Below, piece after piece: positions 11,355 to 23,614 of a DNA stretch of 64,000 bases. The translations under genes were made by a program, and so were the position numbers. Position 1 is the first letter of the stretch. Every line of letters begins with the position of its first letter. Origin of the DNA: Roseisolibacter agri. GTDB taxonomy: Bacteria > Gemmatimonadota > Gemmatimonadetes > Gemmatimonadales > Gemmatimonadaceae. The DNA is taken from contig NZ_BRXS01000004.1 of assembly GCF_030159095.1 (NCBI RefSeq), forward strand, positions 179,673 to 243,672. Direction: 5' to 3'. The notes beneath the pieces are model-generated. The model saw only the letters and a list, made by a program, of their open reading frames with translations. It was not told the origin of the DNA and ran no database searches.

Positions 11355-12841
11355 CCACCATTCTCGCCATCGACCAGGGCACCACCGGCACCACCTGCCT
11401 CGTCGTCGATGCGGCGGGGCGCGTGCGCGGGCGCGGCTACCGCGAGCTGGCGCAGTCGTATCCCGCGCCGGGACTCGTGGAGCACGACCCGCTGGAGATC
11501 CTCGCCACGGTGCGCGCGGCGGCGCGCGAGGCCATCGCCGCCGCGGGCGCGCCGCCGGCCGCGATCGGCATCACGAACCAGCGCGAGACGGTCGTGCTCT
11601 GGGAGCGCGACACGGGACGTCCCATGCATCCCGCGCTCGTGTGGCAGGACCGGCGCACGGCGGCGCGCTGCGCGGAGCTCGCATCGCGCGCGGCGTTCAT
11701 CGGCGAGCGCACGGGCCTCGTCGTCGATCCATACTTCAGCGCCACGAAGCTCGAATGGCTGCTCTCACGCGACGACGCGCTGCGCGCGCGGGCCGAGCGG
11801 GGCGAGCTGGCCGCGGGGACGATCGACACGTGGCTGATCTGGCAGCTCACCGGCGGCCGCGTGCACGCCACCGAGCCCACCAACGCGTCGCGCACGATGC
11901 TCTACGACCTGGAGCGCCGCGCGTGGAGCGACGAGCTGTGCGCGCTCTTCGGCGTCCCGCGGGGGATCCTCCCCGAGGTGCGGCCGTCGCTCGGCGACTT
12001 CGGAACCGCCGTACCGGACGTGCTGGGCTTCGCGGCACCGATCCTCGGCGTCGCGGGCGACCAGCAGGCCGCGCTGTTCGGGCAGGGCGGGTGGGAGACG
12101 GGCGTCGCGAAGAACACGTACGGCACCGGCGCGTTCCTCCTGCGCAACTGCGGCGGCGTGCGGCCGGCGGGCGGCGGCGGGCTGCTCACCACCATCGCCT
12201 GCGGTCCGACGGGCGAGCCGGTCTACGCGCTCGAGGCGTCGATCTTCATCGCCGGGGCGGCGGTGCAGTGGCTGCGCGACGGCCTCGGGATCCTCGACTC
12301 GGCCGGCGAGAGCGAGGCGCTCGCCCGCTCGGTGGCGTCCACCGACGGCGTCTACTTCGTGCCGGCGCTCACCGGCCTCGGCGCGCCCGACTGGGAGCCC
12401 GCGGCGCGCGGGACGATCGTCGGGCTGACGCGCGGCACCACGCGCGCGCACCTCGCCCGCGCCGCGCTCGAGGCGATGGCCTACGCCACCGCCGACGTGC
12501 TGGACGCGATGCGCGCCGCGGCCGCGGGCGACGGCGCGGTCGACGGCGCGCCGCTGCGCGTGGACGGCGGCGCGACCACCAACGAGTGGCTGGTGCAGTT
12601 CCAGGCGGACGTCCTCGGCGCCGTCGTCGAGCGGCCGGCGCAGGTCGAGTCGACCGGGATGGGCGCCGCCGGACTGGCCGGGATCGCGGCGGGCATCTGG
12701 CCGGACGCGCCGGCGTTCCTGGCGTCGCGCCGATTCGCCCGCTTCGCGCCAGGCGAGGGGCGGGCGGCCGCGCAGGCCGGGCGTGCAGGCTGGCGGCGCG
12801 CCGTGCGCGCGGCGCTCGCCTGGGCGCGCGACGACGCCTGA
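11351..12841 (+). CDS. glpK: glycerol kinase
   Basis: GTG at 11351 overlapping the mtnA stop (GTGA). MTTILAIDQGTTGTTCLVVD..., FGQGGWETGVAKNTYGTGAF, GGATTNEWLVQFQADVLG. The table shows it as the 3' part of off-frame ORF 10262..12841. Confidence 0.9.
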   Translation: MTTILAIDQGTTGTTCLVVDAAGRVRGRGYRELAQSYPAPGLVEHDPLEILATVRAAAREAIAAAGAPPAAIGITNQRETVVLWERDTGRPMHPALVWQDRRTAARCAELASRAAFIGERTGLVVDPYFSATKLEWLLSRDDALRARAERGELAAGTIDTWLIWQLTGGRVHATEPTNASRTMLYDLERRAWSDELCALFGVPRGILPEVRPSLGDFGTAVPDVLGFAAPILGVAGDQQAALFGQGGWETGVAKNTYGTGAFLLRNCGGVRPAGGGGLLTTIACGPTGEPVYALEASIFIAGAAVQWLRDGLGILDSAGESEALARSVASTDGVYFVPALTGLGAPDWEPAARGTIVGLTRGTTRAHLARAALEAMAYATADVLDAMRAAAAGDGAVDGAPLRVDGGATTNEWLVQFQADVLGAVVERPAQVESTGMGAAGLAGIAAGIWPDAPAFLASRRFARFAPGEGRAAAQAGRAGWRRAVRAALAWARDDA

Positions 12842-12900
12842 TCCGGGCGGAACCCGCGAGGGGCCGGCGGGGTCTGCCTCGGGCCGCACCACCGCCTCGC

Positions 12901-13581
12901 ATGCCGTCCCTGCCGATCCTCTCCGCCCAGCTCCCCGCCGCGCTCGACGCGCACCGCGACGCCCTGTCCGCCTGCCGGCGCTGCACCGCCACGCTTCCGC
13001 TCGGTGCCCGCCCCGTGCTCTCGCACGCCGTCGCGCCGCGCGTGATGCTGGTCGGGCAGGCGCCGGGGCCGAGCGAGGCCGGCGGCGGGCGCCCGTTCAT
13101 CGGACGCTCGGGGCGGACGCTCTTCCGGTGGATCGCCTCGGCCGGACTGCCGGAAGAGGAGGCGCGCCGCGCGCTCTACATCGCCGCCGTCACGCGCTGC
13201 TATCCCGGACCGCACCCCGGCGGCCGCGGCGACCGCGTGCCGTCGCCGGCCGAGCGAGCGGCGTGTGCCCCGTGGCTGGCGGGCGAGCTGGCCATCGTGC
13301 GGCCGGCGCTGGTGGTGCCCATCGGCCGGCTGGCGATCGACCGGTTCCTCGGCGGCGAGGCGCTGTCGGCGGTCGTGGGCGAGGTCCACGACGTGGAGGT
13401 CGACGGCATCCCGACGCGGGTGCTGCCGCTGCCGCACCCATCGGGCGCCAGCGGCTGGCTGAACGCCCCCGCCCACCGTGCGCTGCTCGACCGCGCCCTG
13501 CTGCACCTGGGCGACGCGTTCCGCGCGCTCGGCCTCGTCGCGAACGCGCCGATGCAGGCGCCGGCCGGCGTGGCGGCCTGA
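12901..13581 (+). CDS. uracil-DNA glycosylase superfamily protein (family 4/5-like)
   Basis: MPSLPILSAQLPAAL..ACRRC...LVGQAPGPSEAGGGRPFIGRSGRTL...HPSG. A GQAPG variant of the GEAPG motif, N-terminal Cys pairs, C-terminal HPS motif. Confidence 0.7.
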   Translation: MPSLPILSAQLPAALDAHRDALSACRRCTATLPLGARPVLSHAVAPRVMLVGQAPGPSEAGGGRPFIGRSGRTLFRWIASAGLPEEEARRALYIAAVTRCYPGPHPGGRGDRVPSPAERAACAPWLAGELAIVRPALVVPIGRLAIDRFLGGEALSAVVGEVHDVEVDGIPTRVLPLPHPSGASGWLNAPAHRALLDRALLHLGDAFRALGLVANAPMQAPAGVAA

Positions 13582-13982
13582 TGAGTTCGGTCGCGCGGAT
13601 CGCGATGCTCGCGGTGGGCGTGGCCGGCATCGCGTCCGTGGGAATCGCCCAGCCGCCGACCGACTCCGCGCGCGTCGCTGCGGTGGTGTCGCCGCCCGCG
13701 CCGGCACCGTCTGGCGCGCCGGACCCGTGGCTCGGCAGCGACAAGGCGAAGCACTTCGTGCTCGCCGGGATGGTGCAGGGCACCGCGTTCGGCGTCGCGA
13801 CGGCCGCCGGCGTCGAGGGACGGCCCGCTCTGGTCGCGGCGTCGATCGCCACAGCGGTCGTCTCGGTCGGGAAGGAGGTGCACGACCGGCGGCGCGGCGG
13901 CCGCTTCAGCGCGCGCGACCTGGCGTGGGACGCGCTCGGCGGCACCCTCTGGGGCGTCCTGGTGGCGCGCAGCGGGCGCTGA
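13581..13982 (+). CDS. small membrane/lipoprotein, DUF2279 (YfiM)-like
   Basis: ATG overlaps the UDG stop. MSSVARIAMLAVGVAGIASVG..., ...WLGSDKAKHFVLAGMV...; family assignment tentative. Confidence 0.5.
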   Translation: MSSVARIAMLAVGVAGIASVGIAQPPTDSARVAAVVSPPAPAPSGAPDPWLGSDKAKHFVLAGMVQGTAFGVATAAGVEGRPALVAASIATAVVSVGKEVHDRRRGGRFSARDLAWDALGGTLWGVLVARSGR

Positions 13983-14019
13983 CGATCGCCGACGAACGCT
14001 GACGAACGCTGACGTGGGC

Positions 14020-14141
14020 ATCATGCCCGACGCCCTCGGGAACGCTCTATATTGTCGGGGCACGACCGGCGCCGCGTTCGGGGCCGGCCCCTCAACACTC
14101 GTTATCGGCCGCCCGCGGCCGACGGACGGGGGTCTCAGGTC
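14020..14141 (+). promoter_or_regulatory. candidate promoter region of the ccm operon (TATATT island in GC-rich DNA, direct repeat gacgaacgct x2)
   Basis: ctctatattgtc at 14045-14056 is the only AT-rich hexamer in about 150 bp upstream of ccmE. cgacgaacgctgacgaacgctgacg direct repeat at 13985-14010. Palindromes ggggccggcccc and cggccgcccgcggccg in the leader. Confidence 0.25.
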
Positions 14142-14642
14142 ATGAAAGCGCGCAACAAGTTCCTGATCGGCGGTGCCCTCGTCCTGGGCAGCGCCAGCTA
14201 TCTGATGGCGAGCTCCATCGAGGACACGGGCCAGTACTTCCTCACGCCGACCGAGCTGCAGGCGAAGGTGGCGAAGGACCCGTCGTTCCGCGACCAGGGC
14301 GTGAAGGTCGGCGCCCGCGCGGTGCCGGGCACGATCGTGCGCGACCCCAGCGGGCGCTCGCTGACGTTCGTGATGGCCGACCTGCTCGACTCGACGAGGA
14401 CGTATCCGGTCGTGTACCGCGGCATCGCGCCCGACACGTTCACGGACGGCGTCGAGGTCGTGGTCGAGGGGCGCCTCGGCCCCGACGGAACGTTCCGCGC
14501 GACGACGCTGCTCGCGAAGTGCGCGTCGCGGTACGAGAACGCGCCCGACAAGGACGCGCCCGGCTACAAGGAGTACCGGCAGTACAAGGGCAAGCACCCC
14601 GACGGCGTCCCGAAGACCGCCGCTCCCTCGCCACAGACGTGA
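14142..14642 (+). CDS. ccmE: cytochrome c-type biogenesis heme chaperone CcmE, CxxxY variant
   Basis: MKARNKFLIGGALVLGSASYL (N-terminal TM anchor), OB-fold region ...GVEVVVEGRLGPDGTFRATTLLAKCASRYEN... Cys replaces the canonical heme-binding His of HxxxY. Confidence 0.8.
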   Translation: MKARNKFLIGGALVLGSASYLMASSIEDTGQYFLTPTELQAKVAKDPSFRDQGVKVGARAVPGTIVRDPSGRSLTFVMADLLDSTRTYPVVYRGIAPDTFTDGVEVVVEGRLGPDGTFRATTLLAKCASRYENAPDKDAPGYKEYRQYKGKHPDGVPKTAAPSPQT

Positions 14643-14645
14643 CCC

Positions 14646-16721
14646 GTGGGTGACTCGATCTCCTCGGGGCTGATCCTCGTCGGTGAGCTGTCGCTCTGGG
14701 TGGCCATGCTGATGGCCGCCTGGAGCGCCACCGTGTCGTTCGCCGGCGCCCGCGACGCGCGCGCGGACCTCGTGCACTCGGGCGAGCGCGCGCTGTACGC
14801 GACGTTCGGCTTCGTCGTGCTGGCGTCCATCGGGCTGTGGACCGCGCTGTTCACGCACGACTTCTCGATCAAGTTCGTCGCCAGCTACACGAGCGCGAAC
14901 CTGCCGAAGATCTACACGTTCACCGCCTTCTGGGCGGGGCAGGCGGGCTCGCTGCTGTTCTGGACGCTGATCCTCGCCGGCTACGCGGCGGCCGCGGTGG
15001 CCAGCGGGCGCGGCGAGCGCACGCGCGCCTTCCTGCCGTACGTCACCGGGACGCTGAGCGTCGTCACGCTCTTCTTCCTGGCGACGATGTGCTTCGGCGC
15101 CAATCCGTACGAGCGCCTCGACTGGACGCCGGCCGACGGGCGCGGGATGAACCCGCAGCTGCAGAACCCGGGCATGGCGATCCATCCGCCGATGCTCTAC
15201 CTCGGCTACGTCGCCACCGTCGTGCCGTTCGCCTACGCGATCGCCGCGCTGGTGACGCGCAAGCTGGACGCCGAGTGGCTGGTGCCGGTGCGCCGCTGGT
15301 CGCTCATCTCCTGGTTCTTCCTCACCATCGGCATCACGCTCGGCATGTGGTGGGCGTACGTCGAGCTGGGCTGGGGCGGCTACTGGGCGTGGGATCCGGT
15401 CGAGAACGCGTCGCTGCTCCCGTGGCTCACGGGCACGGCGTTCCTGCACTCGATCATGATCCAGGAGAAGCGGGGGATGCTCCGCAAGTGGAACGTCGTG
15501 CTGGTGGCGACGACCTTCCTCCTGTCGATCTTCGGCACGTTCATCACGCGCTCGGGCATCATCCAGAGCGTGCACTCGTTCGCGCAGTCGCCGGTCGGCA
15601 ACTGGTTCGCGGGCTTCCTCGCGCTCAGCGTCGCGGTGACCGCGTACCTGATCGCGACGCGCCTCAAGGACCTCTCGTCGAAGGCCGAGCTGGAGAGCAT
15701 GGTGAGCCGCGAGGCCGCCTTCCTCTACAACAACCTGGTGCTCGTCGGGATCTCGTTCTCCGTGCTCTGGGGGACGCTCTTCCCGATCCTCAGCGAGTGG
15801 GTGAAGGGCGAGAAGATCACGGTCGGCCCGCCCTTCTTCAACACGGTCAACGTCCCGCTCGGGCTCCTGCTGCTGGCGCTGACAGGCATCGGGCCGCTCA
15901 TCGCGTGGCGCCGCGCGTCCGTGCAGAACCTCCGCCGCCAGTTCACCGTCCCGGTCGCGGTCGGTCTCGCGACGGGCGCCGCGCTCGTGGCGCTCGGGAT
16001 GCGCGACTTCTACGCGGTGGTCTGCTACACGCTGGCGGGCTTCGTCTTCGGCACCATCGGGCAGGAGTTCTGGAAGGGGACGCGCGCCCGCATGGCGATG
16101 CACGGCGAGCACGCGGCCGCCGCGCTGACGCGCCTGATCGCGCGCAACCGCCGGCGCTACGGCGGCTACGTGGTGCACTTCGGCATGGTGACGATGTTCG
16201 CCGCCTTCGCCGGGATGGCGTTCAAGAAGGAGTTCGACGTCACGCTCACCAGCGGCCAGTCGTACGCGGCCACGGATCCGTGGGGCCACCGCTGGACCTT
16301 CACGAGCCAGGGCGTCTCGTCGTACAAGGCACTGAACCGCTACGTGACCGCGGTCGGCCTCGACGCCACGCGCGACGGGATGCGGGTCGGGATCATCACG
16401 TCGGAGAAGCGCCAGCACGTCGACAGCCGCGACCAGCCCACCTTCGAGCCGTCCACCGAGGTCGGCATCCTCGAGGGCGGGAAGCAGGACGTCTACGTCG
16501 TGCTCGCGGGCGTCACGGGTACCGACAAGGCCGAGGTCCGCATTGCCTTCAACCCGCTCGTCTGGTGGGTCTGGTTCGGCGGCATCGTCATGGGCGTGGG
16601 TGGGCTGATCGTCATGTGGCCGCAGGCCGAGCGTCGCACCGCGCGCCGCGAGAGCGGCTACGTGGCGGTGCTGCAGCCGGCCGCCGCCGGCGCGCCGCCC
16701 GAGCCGGTGGGCGCGCGATGA
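14646..16721 (+). CDS. ccmF: cytochrome c-type biogenesis protein CcmF
   Basis: 691 aa polytopic; FTAFWAGQAGSLLFW, WAYVELGWGGYWAWDPVENASLLPWL (WWD-like tryptophan-rich motif), conserved His. Confidence 0.9.
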   Translation: MGDSISSGLILVGELSLWVAMLMAAWSATVSFAGARDARADLVHSGERALYATFGFVVLASIGLWTALFTHDFSIKFVASYTSANLPKIYTFTAFWAGQAGSLLFWTLILAGYAAAAVASGRGERTRAFLPYVTGTLSVVTLFFLATMCFGANPYERLDWTPADGRGMNPQLQNPGMAIHPPMLYLGYVATVVPFAYAIAALVTRKLDAEWLVPVRRWSLISWFFLTIGITLGMWWAYVELGWGGYWAWDPVENASLLPWLTGTAFLHSIMIQEKRGMLRKWNVVLVATTFLLSIFGTFITRSGIIQSVHSFAQSPVGNWFAGFLALSVAVTAYLIATRLKDLSSKAELESMVSREAAFLYNNLVLVGISFSVLWGTLFPILSEWVKGEKITVGPPFFNTVNVPLGLLLLALTGIGPLIAWRRASVQNLRRQFTVPVAVGLATGAALVALGMRDFYAVVCYTLAGFVFGTIGQEFWKGTRARMAMHGEHAAAALTRLIARNRRRYGGYVVHFGMVTMFAAFAGMAFKKEFDVTLTSGQSYAATDPWGHRWTFTSQGVSSYKALNRYVTAVGLDATRDGMRVGIITSEKRQHVDSRDQPTFEPSTEVGILEGGKQDVYVVLAGVTGTDKAEVRIAFNPLVWWVWFGGIVMGVGGLIVMWPQAERRTARRESGYVAVLQPAAAGAPPEPVGAR

Positions 16722-17419
16722 GTAGCCAACACCCGATGGCAGCGCCGCACTACGTGATCGGCGGCTACGCGCTGTCGCGCCGCCGCTTCCTCGCCGCGCT
16801 CGGCGCGGGCTGGGCGACGGCGACGGTCACCGCCGCCGCGACGGCGATCGCGCAGCAGGAGGCGCAGCCGCAGACGCAGCAGTCGGCCGCGTCGAACGTC
16901 GCGATGGACCAGGGCGCGGCGAAGACGGTGCGCCGTCCGCCCAAGCCGGGCGCGACGCCGGTCGTCGACGACGCCGCGCGCGACGCGCTGGAGCACCAGA
17001 TCAAGTGCCAGTGCGGCTGCACGCTCGACGTGTACACGTGCCGCACGACGGACTTCAGCTGCCAGGTGTCGCCCGCGATGCATCGCGACGTGCTGTCGCT
17101 CGTGGAGGGCGGCTACTCGGCCGACGAGATCATCGCCGCGTTCACCGACACGTACGGGCAGCAGGTGCTGATGGCGCCCAAGCGCGAGGGCTTCAACCTC
17201 GCGGGCTACGCGATGCCCTTCGCGGCGCTTGGCACGGGCGCGGTGGTGGTCGCGGCACTGATCCGGAAGTGGGGCCGCCGCGCGGCGGTGGTGCAGGCGG
17301 CGCACGACGCGCGGCTCGCGAGCGCCACGGCCAGCAACGGCGCGTCGCCCATCGGCATCGACGCCAGCGCCGACGAGCTGGCGCGCCTTGAGGCCGCGGT
17401 GCGCGGGGACGCGCGATGA
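16718..17419 (+). CDS. ccmH: cytochrome c-type biogenesis protein CcmH/CycL-like with Tat-type signal
   Basis: ATGA overlap with ccmF. MSSQHPMAAPHYVIGGYALSRRRFLAALGAGWA (twin-Arg signal). ...IKCQCGCTLDVYTC...MHRDVLSLVEGGYSADEIIAAFTDTYGQQVLMAP parallels the CcmH core (RCP.C...S.A..A..MR..V..m...G.s..eI). Cys spacing is CxCxC, not LRCxxC. Confidence 0.65.
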   Translation: MSSQHPMAAPHYVIGGYALSRRRFLAALGAGWATATVTAAATAIAQQEAQPQTQQSAASNVAMDQGAAKTVRRPPKPGATPVVDDAARDALEHQIKCQCGCTLDVYTCRTTDFSCQVSPAMHRDVLSLVEGGYSADEIIAAFTDTYGQQVLMAPKREGFNLAGYAMPFAALGTGAVVVAALIRKWGRRAAVVQAAHDARLASATASNGASPIGIDASADELARLEAAVRGDAR

Positions 17420-17940
17420 TGCTGCTCGCGATTCCCGACGGCGCGCTCGCGCTGGGCCTCGGCACCGCGCTCGCGCTGGGCGCCGCGGCGGTCGTGCTGC
17501 GGCCGCTGCTGGGCGACATGGTGGCCGAGCCGCCGCGGCCGCCCGCGCCGCCGCGCGCCGATGCCGCGCAGGCCGGTGCGATCGAGGCGCTCCGCGAGAT
17601 CGAGTTCGACCGCGCCACCGGCAAGCTCTCCGACGCGGACTACGCCGCGCTGCGCGCCACGTACACACGCGAGGCCCTGTCGGAGATGCGCGCCCGTGAC
17701 GCCGCCGCCGCGGTGGCGACGCTCCCCGCGGGCGCCGAGGACGCGGTGGAGGCGGCGCTGCGCGACTTCCGCGCGCGCGCGGCCCGCTGCCCCGAGCACG
17801 GCGCCCGCCCCGAGGCCGATGCCCGCTTCTGCTCGGAGTGTGGACGCTTCCTGGGCGGGCGCTGCCCGGGATGTGGTGCGTCGTGCGACGAGCCCGGTCA
17901 GCGCTTCTGCGGCGACTGCGGGACGGCGCTGGCCGCCTGA
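17416..17940 (+). CDS. membrane-anchored protein with CcmI(CycH)-like N-terminal segment and C-terminal double zinc ribbon
   Basis: ATGA overlap with ccmH. TM helix LALGLGTALALGAAAVVL. ...ALREIEFDRATGKLSDADYAALRATYTREAL resembles the CcmI-1 motif. C-terminus CPEHG..FCSECG..RCPGCG..FCGDCG forms two zinc ribbons. Confidence 0.45.
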   Translation: MMLLAIPDGALALGLGTALALGAAAVVLRPLLGDMVAEPPRPPAPPRADAAQAGAIEALREIEFDRATGKLSDADYAALRATYTREALSEMRARDAAAAVATLPAGAEDAVEAALRDFRARAARCPEHGARPEADARFCSECGRFLGGRCPGCGASCDEPGQRFCGDCGTALAA

Positions 17941-17962
17941 CGACCGTCGCACCGTGAACGAG

Positions 17963-17998
17963 GAAGGGGCCGGCTCGCGATCGCGGGCCGGCCCCTTC
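17963..17998. terminator. GC-rich hairpin between convergent ccm and PEP-CTERM genes
   Basis: gaaggggccggctcgcgatcgcgggccggccccttc. Confidence 0.45.
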
Positions 17999-18021
17999 TC
18001 ACGACGCGATCCGCGCGCAGC

Positions 18022-18807
18022 TCAGGCGCGTCGCCGCCGCGCCGCGATCCCGGCCATGCCCACGAGGCCGACGCCAAGCAGCGCGACCGTCGCCGGCTCC
18101 GGCACGGTGGCCTGCGTGACGCTGAAGCCGTAGCTCAGGATGCGCTGGTCGGCGGCGTTGGCTCCGGTTCCGCCGGTGAACCCGACGTACGCCTGCGGGC
18201 CGAGCACGCTGGCCAGGTTCACGTTGCCGCTCACCGTGTAGCTCTCGGCCGCGTCGACGGCGTTGATGGCCGTCGCGGTCAGCACGCCACCGCCATAGCT
18301 CAGCACGACGTCGAAGATGTTGCTCGACCGGCTGCCGAGGTTGCCCATCTGCGTGCTCGCGATGTTGCCGATCTGGCCGTTGGTGCCGATCGCGAGATCG
18401 TTGTTGAAGTACGTCTGGAGGGTCAGGGCGACGCTCGGCGTGATCGCGCCCGAGCTGGAGTAGCCGATCGCACCGCCGCCAGCGCCCAGCGCGGCCGTCC
18501 CGCGCGGGTCGCTCTGCAGGACGAGCGCGATGCCGTCCGCCTGGGTCGGCGTGCCCTGGAGCGACACGCGGAAGCCCGCCGTGAAGGCGGTGCCGGCGTC
18601 GAGCGCGAGCGGCGTCGTGAAGAAGGCGGAGCCGGCCTGACTGCCCAGGTTCGGCGTCAGCTGGAGCGTGCTGCCGCCGTCCAGGACGGCGGCGCTTCCG
18701 TTGGTGGCGATGCCGGTGAACTGGGCGGCGGCATCGCGCGCGCTCAGGAGCGTGATCGCACCGAGGGCGAGGGCGGCGCTCCGGAGCACGGCGGACGATC
18801 TCGACAT
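18022..18807 (-). CDS. PEP-CTERM protein with L-type-lectin-like domain
   Basis: Signal peptide. ...QFTGIATNGSAAVLDGGSTLQLTPNLGSQAGSAFFTTPLALDAGTAFTAGFRVSLQG...DGIALVLQSD resembles a legume-lectin-like fold. C-terminus VPEPATVALLGVGLVGMAGIAARRRRA. Confidence 0.7.
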   Translation of the reverse strand: MSRSSAVLRSAALALGAITLLSARDAAAQFTGIATNGSAAVLDGGSTLQLTPNLGSQAGSAFFTTPLALDAGTAFTAGFRVSLQGTPTQADGIALVLQSDPRGTAALGAGGGAIGYSSSGAITPSVALTLQTYFNNDLAIGTNGQIGNIASTQMGNLGSRSSNIFDVVLSYGGGVLTATAINAVDAAESYTVSGNVNLASVLGPQAYVGFTGGTGANAADQRILSYGFSVTQATVPEPATVALLGVGLVGMAGIAARRRRA

Positions 18808-18939
18808 GGGACGGGTGGCGTGGGTAGACGGTCCCGGCCTGAGGGCGCCGGGGTCGGTCGCGGCGCCACGTTACACATCGTTCATCGAAGGTGCAACGTG
18901 GCGCACGCACCACACCCTGACTGCGGGCGAGCCGTCCAC

Positions 18940-19281
18940 TCAGCTCGCGCCGGCGTTCTCGCCCGTCGCCTCCGCCGCGATCCAGCCGAGGTAGCGTGGC
19001 AGCCCCGCGTGCACCGGGAGCGCCAGCAGCTCGGGCGTGTCGTACGGGTGCAGGCGGTCGAACGCCTCCTTGAGCCCGTCGAGCCGCTCGCGCCGCGTCT
19101 TCAGCAGCACGACGACCTCACGCTCGTCGGCCATCTTCCCCTCCCACCGGTAGAACGACCGCGCCGGCGGGAGGATCGTCCCGCAGGCGATCAGCCGCAG
19201 GTCGAGCAGGGTCCGGACGAACGGGACCGCCTCCTCCTCGGAGGCGAGGGTCGTGAGGACCACGACGGTGGCGTCGGGCAT
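18940..19281 (-). CDS. cutA: divalent-cation tolerance protein CutA
   Basis: 113 aa; ...[21 protein letters not shown]...[35 protein letters not shown]... is the CutA1 signature. Confidence 0.85.
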   Translation of the reverse strand: MPDATVVVLTTLASEEEAVPFVRTLLDLRLIACGTILPPARSFYRWEGKMADEREVVVLLKTRRERLDGLKEAFDRLHPYDTPELLALPVHAGLPRYLGWIAAEATGENAGAS

Positions 19282-19436
19282 GGCGGCGGCGGGGACGGGA
19301 AGCCTGCGGGCACGCGCTCGTCGGCAACCTCGCCGGTGGGCCGATCCATCGCTACGGGCACTTCTCGCGGCCGCCCGAAGATTCCCCGATCCCGCCGCTT
19401 GTCTGGAGCCCGCCGGGCGGTGAGCTTACGCAGGTT

Positions 19437-22328
<2,892 letters not shown>

Positions 22329-22354
22329 CGCCGCAGCGGCTGTCGCGCGTGACG

Positions 22355-22392
22355 CACGAGGGGCCCGCATCGCGCGATGCGGGCCCCTCGTG
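22355..22392. terminator. 38-nt perfect palindrome between convergent uvrA and ScyD-like genes
   Basis: cacgaggggcccgcatcgcgcgatgcgggcccctcgtg. Confidence 0.5.
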
Positions 22393-22412
22393 CATGCGGT
22401 GGCGTCGGAAGC

Positions 22413-23528
22413 TCAGGGCACGATGCGCAGCACCTGTCCGCGGCCGGCGACGTTCCCGTTGATCGCGACGTAGAACGCGCCGTCGTCGCCGATGGCGATC
22501 GCCGTCGCGGCGGGGAGGTTCTCCGCGACGGTGGTGCGCGTGCCGTCGCGCGCGACGCGCCACAGCTTGCCGGGTCCGGCGAAGAACGGGTCGCCCGTCG
22601 CGAACTGCAGCACGTACAGGCTGCCGTCCGGGCCGAAGGCGAGGTCGGTGATGGTCTTGAAGCCCGGCGCGAACACCGTGCGTGTGCCGTCCTCCGTGAC
22701 GCGGTAGACGATCGCCGTACCGGTGGTGAACGGGGCGCCGCTGAGCGTGCTCACGTACAGCGCGCCGTCGGGGCCGCGCACGACCTCGGTCGGCACCGCC
22801 TGCGTGGACCCGCCGAACGTCGGCGGCGCGGGGACGCGCGGGAACACGGCGACGAGCAACACGTCGCCCTGCATGTCGACGTGGAGCAGGTCGTTGCCGC
22901 CGGCGTCGGTCACGTACTGCCCGCCGCCTTCGGCGAGCAGACCGTACGGGTTGGAGTCGAACACCTCGCCGTCCGGATTGTGGTCCTGCTCGAAGGCGGC
23001 GATGTCCGCCACGCGCGTCCAGGCGCCGCTCGGGCGCAGGACGTTGAGCGTCCCGAATGCCGCGCCGAACGGCGCGAGGCCCAGGCGTCCCAGCGGCGGG
23101 CCGCCCCAGCCGATGGTGAAGTACAGGCTGCCCATGCCCTGGAAGTCGAGGTGCTGCGGGCCGGTGATGTCCTGCATGTCGGCGTTGTAGTACGATGGCA
23201 GGCCGCTCACGACGCGCTCCTGGCCACCACGCCCCCGCCGGCTGATCGCCCCGGTGCCGCTGTAGCAGTACCGCCCGCGGGGCAGCGGCGTGCACGTCGA
23301 CGTCACCGTCGTGTTGCCGGCCTCCGTCACGTACAGCGCGCCATCGGGCGCGAACGCCAGCCCGCGCGGCGCATCCAGGTGGTCCATCCACACGGTCCGC
23401 CCGGGCGCGGGCGGCGCCTTCGCGGCGCGCAGCGCATCGGGACGCGGAGCGGCCACGCGCGCGGCGGGATCCTGGCAGGCGGCGAGCAGCAGGGCGGTTG
23501 CGAGCAGGGGAGGGAGCGGAATGCGCAT
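22413..23528 (-). CDS. ScyD/ScyE-family beta-propeller lipoprotein
   Basis: Table ORF 22413..24065; true start MRIPLPPLLATALLLAAC (lipobox) at 23528. Repeated ...GLAFAPDGALYV..., ...DLAFGPDGSLYVL... blades. Confidence 0.7.
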   Translation of the reverse strand: MRIPLPPLLATALLLAACQDPAARVAAPRPDALRAAKAPPAPGRTVWMDHLDAPRGLAFAPDGALYVTEAGNTTVTSTCTPLPRGRYCYSGTGAISRRGRGGQERVVSGLPSYYNADMQDITGPQHLDFQGMGSLYFTIGWGGPPLGRLGLAPFGAAFGTLNVLRPSGAWTRVADIAAFEQDHNPDGEVFDSNPYGLLAEGGGQYVTDAGGNDLLHVDMQGDVLLVAVFPRVPAPPTFGGSTQAVPTEVVRGPDGALYVSTLSGAPFTTGTAIVYRVTEDGTRTVFAPGFKTITDLAFGPDGSLYVLQFATGDPFFAGPGKLWRVARDGTRTTVAENLPAATAIAIGDDGAFYVAINGNVAGRGQVLRIVP

Positions 23529-23614
23529 CGGATGGTCCGGGTCGAGGTGGACCTGCCGTGCGCCGCGACCCCCGCGGCGCACGTGCGACCGTCCTGCAGC
23601 CGTCCGGCGTCGGA

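Noticed and set aside
10262-17419. Long ORFs 10262..12841(+), 13200..16418(-), 14837..17419(+), 16658..17668(-)
   Set aside because: These are off-frame or antisense to mtnA/glpK/ccmF/ccmH. Their 3' ends coincide with real genes whose true starts lie inside them.
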